This document shows positions 25,240-32,000 of a DNA stretch of 32,000 nt, piece after piece; within the stretch, counting starts at the first letter, position 1, and the number at the start of each line of letters is the position of its first letter. This DNA is from Halorhodospira halophila SL1 (GTDB taxonomy: Bacteria > Pseudomonadota > Gammaproteobacteria > Nitrococcales > Halorhodospiraceae). A program made the translations under genes and the position numbers. The DNA is taken from NCBI RefSeq assembly GCF_000015585.1, contig NC_008789.1:1200001-1232000 (forward strand), in the 5' to 3' direction. The notes beneath the pieces are model-generated. The model did no database searches and was not told where the DNA came from. It saw only the letters and a program-made list of their open reading frames with translations.

Positions 25240-26913
25240 TTGCGCACCGAGGACCTCAACGCCACCTGGGCTGGCAGCCTGCTCGATCGGCTACGCGGTC
25301 ACGGCGTGCACGACGTCTGCATCGCCCCTGGGAGCCGCAGCGCTCCCCTGGCACTGGCCGCGGCGCGACGCGCCGACCGTGGCGACGACCTGACCCTGCA
25401 CACCCACTTCGATGAGCGCGGACTGGCCTTCTACGCCCTAGGCCTGATCCGCGCCAGCCGGCGACCGGTGGCGGTGATCACCACCTCGGGAACGGCAGCG
25501 CCGAACCTCCACCCCGCCGTGGCCGAGGCCAGGCAGAGTAGCCTACCCCTGGTGGTGATCACCGCCGACCGCCCCCCCGAGCTGCACCACTGCGGTGCCA
25601 ACCAGGCCATGCCGCAGGAAGACCTGTTCGCCCCCCTGGTGCGCGCGGCACTGGCCCTGCCACCCCCCGAGGCCACGCTCTGCGGCCACTGGCTGAACCG
25701 CCGCCTGGACGCCACCCTGGCCGAGGCCACGGGCGCCGGGGCCACCGGCCCGATCCACCTGAACGTGCCGCTGCGCGAGCCGCTCTACGGCGGCACGGAA
25801 CACCCTCCGGTGGCGCCGCCGCTGCCACCCCGGCGCGCCCCCCGGGCGGCTGCGCCGCCCCTGGGCCCGGCAGAGCCGCCCCAGCTGTTCGTCGCCGGCG
25901 GACTGAACCCCGAGGAGGCCGAGGCAGTCCTCGAGACCGCTGCTGCCGGCAATATCCCGATCCTCGCCGATCCCAGCAGCCAACTGCGCCTGCGCGCACA
26001 CCCCTGCATCCTCGGCGGGGCCGAACACCTGCTGGCCACCGCCGCCGGCCGCGCGGCCCTGGGTCAGGCGCGCCAGGTGGTGCAGTTCGGCGGCCGGCTC
26101 ACCGGCCGCCGCCTGCCGGCGTGGCTGACCGAGCACGCGCCGCAGCGCTGGCTGATCACCGGGGATGACCACGACCTGGATCCCGACTGGCAGGCCACCA
26201 CCGTCCAGGCGGATATCGCCACCGCGGCCCGGGCCCTGCGCCCCGCCGCGCCCCAGCCACCGCTGCCCGGGCTCACCGAAGCGCTGACCAGAGTGGCCGA
26301 GACCCGCTCTGCAGCGCTGGCCAACGAGCCATTCGCCGAGCCAGCCGCCACCGAGCGACTCAGCCGGACCCTGCCCCCGGGGATGGCGCTGTTCGCTGGC
26401 AACAGCCTGCCCATCCGGGCCGTCGACCTGTTCGCCGTGGCGAAGCACGGCAATCCCTGCGTCACCCAGCGCGGGGTCAGCGGCATCGACGGACTGATCG
26501 CCACCGCCGCGGGTTTCGCCCACCACCACCCGGACGGCGTCACCCTGGTGATCGGCGACCTATCGGCCCTCCACGACCTCAACAGCCTGGCTCTGCTCGA
26601 CCAGGCCCGGCACACCTGCGTAGTGGTGGTGCTCAACAACGACGGTGGCGGCATCTTCGATCTGCTGCCGGCCCGCAGCGAGGGCGACGACGCACACCGC
26701 CGTCTGTTCCGCATGCCCCACGGCTACGGGTTCTCCCAGGCCGCCGCACAATTCCGCCTGCCCTACTGGCAGTGCACCGACGGCGACAGCCTCGAGGCAG
26801 CCCATCGCGAGGCGTGCACCCGTCCCGGCGGCAGCGTCATCGAGGTGGCCTGCCCGCCCGGCGCCGGGAGCGAACAGATGGCCAACCTATTCCGCACGCT
26901 CGAGGCGCTGTGA
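25240..26913 (+). CDS. menD: 2-succinyl-5-enolpyruvyl-6-hydroxy-3-cyclohexene-1-carboxylate (SEPHCHC) synthase
   Basis: NATWAGSLLDRLRGHGVHDVCIAPGSRSAPL, TSGTAAPNLHPAV, ITADRPPEL and the ThDP motif GDLSALHDLNSL...NNDGGGIF. Confidence 0.9.
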   Translation: MRTEDLNATWAGSLLDRLRGHGVHDVCIAPGSRSAPLALAAARRADRGDDLTLHTHFDERGLAFYALGLIRASRRPVAVITTSGTAAPNLHPAVAEARQSSLPLVVITADRPPELHHCGANQAMPQEDLFAPLVRAALALPPPEATLCGHWLNRRLDATLAEATGAGATGPIHLNVPLREPLYGGTEHPPVAPPLPPRRAPRAAAPPLGPAEPPQLFVAGGLNPEEAEAVLETAAAGNIPILADPSSQLRLRAHPCILGGAEHLLATAAGRAALGQARQVVQFGGRLTGRRLPAWLTEHAPQRWLITGDDHDLDPDWQATTVQADIATAARALRPAAPQPPLPGLTEALTRVAETRSAALANEPFAEPAATERLSRTLPPGMALFAGNSLPIRAVDLFAVAKHGNPCVTQRGVSGIDGLIATAAGFAHHHPDGVTLVIGDLSALHDLNSLALLDQARHTCVVVVLNNDGGGIFDLLPARSEGDDAHRRLFRMPHGYGFSQAAAQFRLPYWQCTDGDSLEAAHREACTRPGGSVIEVACPPGAGSEQMANLFRTLEAL

Positions 26914-26916
26914 GCC

Positions 26917-27687
26917 ATGGCGGATCCGGTGCCCACGACCCGCACCGTCGATCTGGTCTTTCTGCACGGCTTCCTTGGCGACCCCGAGGAGTGGCAGCCG
27001 GTAACCGCGGCCCTCCCCCCCACCCTGCGCTGCTGGGCCCCGCCCCTGCCCGGACACGATGGTGCCCTACCTCCGGCCACGACCTTCGAGGCACTGGTGG
27101 ACACCCTGTGGGCGCGGCTGGTCCCGGAGCTCCCACCGCGCTTCGCCTTGGTCGGCTACTCGCTGGGCGGACGCCTGGCCCTGGCCCTGGCCGACCGGTA
27201 CCCGCATCGGCTCAGCGCCCTGATCCTCGAGGGCGCCCACCCCGGACTGCAGGACGCCACGGCGCGCGAGGAACGCCGCCGCCACGATGCGGCCTGGGCG
27301 CAGCGCTTTGAGACCGGGCCGTGGCAGGAGAGCCTGGATGCGTGGTATCGCCAGCCGGTCTTCGCGGATCTGAGCGACCCGCGCCGCCAGGCGCTGATCC
27401 AGCGCCGCGCCCGGCACCGCCCCGAGCACCTGGCGGCAACGCTGCGCGCCGCCAGCCTATCGGGACAACCGGACCTACGTCCGGCACTGCGCCGACTGTC
27501 GGCGCCCTGCGCCTACATCGCCGGCAAGCGTGACCGCAAGTTCTCGGCCATTGCCGACAGCCTGGCCGCACAAACCCCCGGGCTGACGGTTGCCAAACTC
27601 GATGGCGTCGGGCATAACTGCCACGCCGAGGCCCCGGAGGCGGTGGCCGCAGTCATTCAAAGCATCTGCACCGGTGAGCATCCCTGA
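26917..27687 (+). CDS. menH: 2-succinyl-6-hydroxy-2,4-cyclohexadiene-1-carboxylate (SHCHC) synthase, alpha/beta hydrolase
   Basis: LVFLHGFLG, the nucleophile elbow GYSLGG and a C-terminal GHNCH. Its position between menD and menB supports the call. Confidence 0.75.
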   Translation: MADPVPTTRTVDLVFLHGFLGDPEEWQPVTAALPPTLRCWAPPLPGHDGALPPATTFEALVDTLWARLVPELPPRFALVGYSLGGRLALALADRYPHRLSALILEGAHPGLQDATAREERRRHDAAWAQRFETGPWQESLDAWYRQPVFADLSDPRRQALIQRRARHRPEHLAATLRAASLSGQPDLRPALRRLSAPCAYIAGKRDRKFSAIADSLAAQTPGLTVAKLDGVGHNCHAEAPEAVAAVIQSICTGEHP

Positions 27688-27688
27688 C

Positions 27689-28540
27689 ATGAGCGAAGAG
27701 CATCCCAACTCCATCAAACCGGCCCTGTACTGGACCGACTGCTCCAGCGGTTATACCGACGTCCTCTACCACAAGGCCGACGGGATCGCGAAGATCACCA
27801 TCAATCGGCCGGAGGTGCGCAACGCCTTCCGCCCGCAGACCGTCCTCGAGATGCAACAGGCGCTTGCCGACGCCCGCTTCGATCAGGAAATCGGCGTTGT
27901 CATCCTGACCGGCTACGGCGACCTGGCCTTCTGCTCGGGGGGCGACCAGCGCGTGCGGGGTGACTCCGGCTATCAGGACGAACAGGGCACGCACCACTTG
28001 AACGTGCTCGACCTGCAGCGCGACATCCGCTCCTGCCCCAAGCCGGTGATCGCCATGGTGGCCGGCTACGCCATCGGGGGCGGCCACGTCCTGCACCTGA
28101 TCTGCGATCTGACCGTCGCCGCCGAGAATGCCCGCTTCGGCCAGACCGGGCCGCGGGTGGGCTCCTTCGACGGCGGCTTCGGGGCCAGCTACATGGCCAG
28201 CGTGGTCGGCCAGAAGAAGGCACGGGAGATCTGGTTCCTGTGCCGTCAGTACGACGCCCAGGAGGCACAGGCCATGGACCTGGTCAACACGGTGGTGCCC
28301 CTGGAGGAGCTTGAACAGGAGACGATCGCCTGGTGCCAGCGTATCCTGGAGCACTCGCCGATCGCCTTGCGCGCACTCAAATCCGCCTTCAACGCTGGGG
28401 TGGACGGTCAGGCCGGCATCCAGGAGCTCGCCGGCAACGCCACCATGCTCTTCTACATGACCGAAGAGGGGCAGGAGGGGCGCAACGCCTACCTGGAGAA
28501 GCGCAAGCCGGACTTCCGGCGCTTCAAGCACAACCCCTGA
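27689..28540 (+). CDS. menB: 1,4-dihydroxy-2-naphthoyl-CoA synthase (crotonase fold)
   Basis: ORF 27590..28540, trimmed to ATG 27689, 1 nt after the menH stop. [48 protein letters not shown] and [21 protein letters not shown] are present. Confidence 0.92.
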   Translation: MSEEHPNSIKPALYWTDCSSGYTDVLYHKADGIAKITINRPEVRNAFRPQTVLEMQQALADARFDQEIGVVILTGYGDLAFCSGGDQRVRGDSGYQDEQGTHHLNVLDLQRDIRSCPKPVIAMVAGYAIGGGHVLHLICDLTVAAENARFGQTGPRVGSFDGGFGASYMASVVGQKKAREIWFLCRQYDAQEAQAMDLVNTVVPLEELEQETIAWCQRILEHSPIALRALKSAFNAGVDGQAGIQELAGNATMLFYMTEEGQEGRNAYLEKRKPDFRRFKHNP

Positions 28541-28542
28541 TC

Positions 28543-29544
28543 GTGACCGCCCGGCTGCGCTCGGTCGAGCTCTGCCGCTACCGGGTGACGTTGCGCCCTG
28601 GCACGGCGCCGGTCACCGAGCGTCACGGCGCGCTGCTGTTCTGGGAGACCGAGGACCGGCGGCGGGCGGTTTCGGAGATCGCCCCGCTGCCGGGGTTCAG
28701 CGCCGAGGGCCTGGACGAGTGCATGGATGCCTGCCGGCGCTTCTTCGCCGCCGGAGCGGGGGAGGCCGGCCACCTTCTGCAGCAGGCGTGCGCCGGCGAG
28801 TCGGCGCCGCTTCAGGGACTGCCCCCCGCCGCACGCTTCGGTCTGGAGGCCGGCTGGCTGCAGTTGACCACGCCCCTCGGCAGCACACCGCAGGTGGCCA
28901 GCTGCCGCCTGGTGGGCCACGAGCAGACGCCCACCGACCCCCCACCGGGCCCCTGCGTCAAGGTGAAGGTGGGCCGGGCCACCGTGCAGGAGGACCAGAA
29001 TCGCGTGGTGCGGCTGCTCAGCCGCCTCCCGCCGACCACCCATCTGCGGCTCGACGCCAATCGCAGCTGGACCCGCGAGCAGGCCGCCCGATTCTGCGCC
29101 GGCCTCACCCCCGAACGGGTAGCCTTCCTCGAAGAGCCCCTGCAGCCCGGCACCTCCTACGCCGGCTGGCCCTCGCTGACCGCCATCCCCTTCGCCTGGG
29201 ACGAGACCCTGCGCGAAGCCCCGGAGGCGGACCTGACCACACCCGGCCTCGGCGCTGTGGTGCTCAAGCCCATGTTGACCGGACTAAGCCGCACCCGGGC
29301 GTGGATCGACGCGGCGACCGACGCCGGCGTGCCGGTGGTCCTGAGCGCCGCCTTCGAGAGCAACCTCACCCTGGACCTCTACGCCCGTCTGGCCGCCCAC
29401 TGGGGGGTGCGCACCACGCCCGGGCTGGACACCTTCGGCGCCTGGCCCGAGGCCCTGCTCGCCCCCCTGCACAGTCAGCCCGGACACGCCGCCAAGCCGG
29501 TACGCTCCCGCGAGCAGCTCAGCCCGGAGGTACCGCTGCTATGA
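28543..29544 (+). CDS. menC: o-succinylbenzoate synthase (enolase superfamily)
   Basis: ORF 28333..29544, trimmed to GTG 28543, 2 nt after the menB stop. KVKVGR, LRLDANRSW, FLEEP and VVLKP are the enolase-superfamily metal/base motifs. Confidence 0.8.
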   Translation: MTARLRSVELCRYRVTLRPGTAPVTERHGALLFWETEDRRRAVSEIAPLPGFSAEGLDECMDACRRFFAAGAGEAGHLLQQACAGESAPLQGLPPAARFGLEAGWLQLTTPLGSTPQVASCRLVGHEQTPTDPPPGPCVKVKVGRATVQEDQNRVVRLLSRLPPTTHLRLDANRSWTREQAARFCAGLTPERVAFLEEPLQPGTSYAGWPSLTAIPFAWDETLREAPEADLTTPGLGAVVLKPMLTGLSRTRAWIDAATDAGVPVVLSAAFESNLTLDLYARLAAHWGVRTTPGLDTFGAWPEALLAPLHSQPGHAAKPVRSREQLSPEVPLL

Positions 29545-30920
29545 TCCCCTCCGAGGCCTTCCCATGCCGCCTAACACGTGCCAGGCAACAGTGGCCGAAC
29601 CACCCGGCGATCATTGAGCCGGGACAGGCCTACACCTTCGCGGGCCTCGACGACGCGGTCAGCCAGCGGGCCGCCGCCCTGCAGGCGCAGGGCCTCGGCG
29701 CCGGGACGTGGACGGCGCTGCGCATGACCACCAGCACCGCCGGGGTCATCGACTGGCTGGCGATCCTGCGCGCCGGGGCCCGCGTACTGCCGGTCTCGGA
29801 GCGCATGCCGGAGCCCGCCCTGGAACAACTCCTGGCCGAACACGGCATCGCCGGCCGGATCCCGGCGCCGGGCGCCGAGCTTCAACACACCGGCCACGCC
29901 CCCCCGGGTGAACCGGCCAGCAGCCTGCACAGGCACTTCCGCCCCGATGCCCCCTGCGCTGGGGTCGCCACCTCGGGATCCACCGGAGCACCGCGGATCG
30001 CGGCCCATAGCTACGCCAACTATGTGCGCAGCGCCCAGGGGGCGATCGACTACCTGCCGCTGAGCCCCCCGGACCGCTACCTACTCTCGCTCCCGCTCTT
30101 CCACGTCGGCGGGCTGGGCATTGTCTTCCGCTGCCTGGAGGCCGGGGTGCCGATGGTGGTCGGGGGACGCAGCGAGGACGCGACGTTCCTGGCGGCCTAC
30201 CGTGTCAGCCACGTGTCGATGGTCGAGACGCAGCTCCACCGCTTGCTGCGCGGCGCCGGTGACCCCCTGCCAAAGCTGCGCTGCGTGCTGCTCGGCGGCG
30301 GCCCGGTGGCCACCGAACTGCTCGAGGAGGCGCAGGCGCGCGGCCTGCCGTGCTACATGAGCTACGGCCTGACCGAGATGACCGCCCAGGTGGCCACCTG
30401 GCCGGCACTGCACGGCGGGGGCCGGATCCTCCCGTACCGGGCGCTGCGCATCGACCACGACGAGATCCGCGTCCGCGGCGATACCCTGTGCCTCGGCTAC
30501 CTCGACCGCGGCACCGTGGCCCCGCTGACCGATGCCGACGGGTGGTTCTCCACCGGCGACCTGGGCCACTGGCAGGCGGGACGATTGACCGTCTTCGGCC
30601 GCCGCGACAACCAGTTCATCAGTGGCGGCGAGAACATCCAGCCCGAGGCCATCGAACGGGTGCTACGCGAGCACCCGGCGGTCCGCGAGGCCGTGGTGGT
30701 CCCGCGCCACGATCGGGAGTTCGGTCAGCGCCCGGTCGCCTTCGTAAAGACCGGCGACGACGCACTCCCCGCCACCGACCTGCGGGCGTGGGTGCGTGCC
30801 CGCCTGAGCCCCCACATGACCCCCGTGGCCTGGTATCCACTGCCCGACTCCGGGGGGCTCAAGGTCCGCCGAGCCGAGCTGATCGAGCGCGCCGAGCGGC
30901 TGCGCGACCAGGCCCCCTGA
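29541..30920 (+). CDS. menE: o-succinylbenzoate--CoA ligase (ANL adenylating enzyme)
   Basis: ORF 28719..30920, trimmed to ATG 29541, which overlaps the menC stop as ATGA. TSGSTGAPR (P-loop-like AMP motif), YGLTE, TGDLG and GGENIQPEAIE are present. Confidence 0.85.
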   Translation: MIPSEAFPCRLTRARQQWPNHPAIIEPGQAYTFAGLDDAVSQRAAALQAQGLGAGTWTALRMTTSTAGVIDWLAILRAGARVLPVSERMPEPALEQLLAEHGIAGRIPAPGAELQHTGHAPPGEPASSLHRHFRPDAPCAGVATSGSTGAPRIAAHSYANYVRSAQGAIDYLPLSPPDRYLLSLPLFHVGGLGIVFRCLEAGVPMVVGGRSEDATFLAAYRVSHVSMVETQLHRLLRGAGDPLPKLRCVLLGGGPVATELLEEAQARGLPCYMSYGLTEMTAQVATWPALHGGGRILPYRALRIDHDEIRVRGDTLCLGYLDRGTVAPLTDADGWFSTGDLGHWQAGRLTVFGRRDNQFISGGENIQPEAIERVLREHPAVREAVVVPRHDREFGQRPVAFVKTGDDALPATDLRAWVRARLSPHMTPVAWYPLPDSGGLKVRRAELIERAERLRDQAP

Positions 30921-31035
30921 ACCCAGGCGCGAGCCACTGCCCACCACCGGACCGTAGGCGCAGGGACAAGATTTGCCCTAGACTGGCAGCGTAGGTCCTC
31001 GGATCGGGGACCGCAGCCAGCGCAAGGAGATGCCC

Positions 31036-31416
31036 ATGTCCCTCGGCTACTGGATGGTCCTCGTCGCCGCCATCCTCCCCATGGCCTTCGCCGGCGCCGC
31101 CAAATTCGGTGGCGGGCAGTTCGACAACGCCCGACCCCGGGAGTGGCTCGACCGCCAGGAGGGGTGGCCGAAACGCGCCCACTGGGCGCAGCAAAACGGC
31201 TACGAGGCGTTCCCACCCTTCGCCGCGGCGGTGATCATCGCCCACCAGGTCGGGGCCGCGCAGGGCTTGATCGACACCCTGGCGGTGCTCTTCGTCCTGC
31301 TGCGCATCGCCTACGGGCTGTTCTATATCGGTGACCAGGCCAACCTGCGCAGCCTGGCCTGGATGGCCGCGTTCGCCTGCATCATCGGCCTGTTCCTGGC
31401 CGCAGCGGCGGCCTGA
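31036..31416 (+). CDS. MAPEG family membrane protein
   Basis: A small protein of about 126 aa with four hydrophobic helices. NARPREWL, AQQNGYEAFPPFAAAV and LLRIAYGLFYI fit MAPEG. ATG 31036 is preferred because AAGGAG (31024-31029) abuts the first ATG at 31030. Confidence 0.75.
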   Translation: MSLGYWMVLVAAILPMAFAGAAKFGGGQFDNARPREWLDRQEGWPKRAHWAQQNGYEAFPPFAAAVIIAHQVGAAQGLIDTLAVLFVLLRIAYGLFYIGDQANLRSLAWMAAFACIIGLFLAAAAA

Positions 31417-31507
31417 ACCGCTGCCCGCCCGTCTTGGGAGGGTTCGGGGGCAATCGCTAGACTGCCCCAGTCCCGTATCGATGGAGAGAATCAAGGGAGA
31501 CAAGACC

Positions 31508-32000
31508 ATGGTAGGACGAATTGGTAACGGCGGCAGGGCCGCCCCGCTGGTCGCATTCGCCACCGCGGCACTGCTCGGCAGCGGACTGGCCGCGGCGCAG
31601 GTCGAGCGTGGAGACGGCATGGGGCAGGGCTTCGGGCCCGGCCCGGCCGGACCGGGCGCCGGGGCCATGCAGCAGCCCGGTATGGGCATGGGGTCCGGAC
31701 TGGGCTACGGTCCCTGTTGGGACTGGATGCGCGGGGGGTTCGAGGGCGGGTTCGGAGACCCGCGCACCCCGCTCTGGGACCTGGAACTCGAAGGCGAGAA
31801 GCTCGCCGAGATGCGTAAGCTCCGCCGCGCCTATCGGGAGTTCGAGGCCCATGTGGGGGTCGAGCTGGCCGAGATGCGCGACGACATGGCCGAGCTGATG
31901 GCGGTCGAACGGCCGGACCCCGAGGCCATCGAGGAACTCCACGGGCGCATGTCCGAACTCCAGGGCGAGCTGCTCGCCGAGCGGGTGCGCATGCGCAACG
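31508..32000 (+). CDS. Spy/CpxP/ZraP-like periplasmic protein (heavy-metal-sensor/chaperone family), 5' partial; continues beyond the window end
   Basis: Absent from the ORF track because it is open-ended. ATG 31508 has GGGAGA 7 nt upstream. A signal peptide (AAPLVAFATAALLGSGLAAAQ) is followed by a Gly/Met-rich segment and then helical LELEGEKLAEMRKLRRAYREFEAH...MAELMAVERPDPEAIEELHGRMSELQGELLAERVRMRN. No stop codon occurs before 32000. Confidence 0.55.
   Translation, partial: MVGRIGNGGRAAPLVAFATAALLGSGLAAAQVERGDGMGQGFGPGPAGPGAGAMQQPGMGMGSGLGYGPCWDWMRGGFEGGFGDPRTPLWDLELEGEKLAEMRKLRRAYREFEAHVGVELAEMRDDMAELMAVERPDPEAIEELHGRMSELQGELLAERVRMRN

Noticed and set aside
30978-31464. Shared CTAGACTG octamer upstream of both the MAPEG gene (30978-30985) and the Spy-like gene (31457-31464)
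   Set aside because: An 8-mer shared between two ~100-nt regions is not statistically compelling. Only the second copy has a plausible -35 (TTGGGA at 18 nt), and I cannot support a common regulatory motif.
1-32000. Scan for mobile elements, CRISPR arrays, tRNA/rRNA genes and defence-system hallmarks
   Set aside because: I found no transposase, integrase or recombinase-like translations. I also found no regularly spaced direct repeats, no cloverleaf-like segments in the few intergenic gaps, and no abrupt compositional island. By eye, the window looks like core chromosome.

Overview
This is a high-GC (roughly two-thirds G+C) proteobacterial chromosomal segment that looks like core genome, not a mobile or accessory island. 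A gammaproteobacterial, Ectothiorhodospiraceae-like origin is only a guess. All identifications come from reading conserved motifs in the translations; no database search was possible.

Gene content, left to right:
- Glycogen locus: glgB (partial, minus), then glgC, a GH57 glucan enzyme and malQ (plus), converging on glgP (minus).
- A CspA-family cold-shock gene, divergent from a phasin gene.
- An ArsR-type regulator overlapping a PF02230-type esterase.
- An 11-gene co-directional minus-strand array read 21848 to 10478: hybrid histidine kinase, DUF123 GIY-YIG nuclease, AhpD/CMD-like protein, GH15 hydrolase, otsA, glk, GAF histidine kinase, alkaline-phosphatase-superfamily enzyme, an unusual three-module QueD/PTPS fusion, queE and a DUF3775 protein.
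- An Aer-like PAS chemoreceptor.
- A tightly coupled menaquinone operon, menF-D-H-B-C-E.
- A MAPEG membrane protein and a partial Spy/CpxP-like periplasmic protein.

I found no tRNA, rRNA, CRISPR array, transposase or integrase.

The item most worth follow-up is the single-chain triple QueD module. Its catalytic residues are split between modules, and it is translationally linked to an AP-superfamily enzyme, a GAF kinase and queE. Secondary items are a GH15-otsA-glk trehalose cycle with no otsB, an orphan DUF123 nuclease embedded after a hybrid kinase, and several structured intergenic regions.

Many long ORFs in the six-frame track are antisense or N-terminally over-extended artefacts of the high GC content. 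I rejected or trimmed these.
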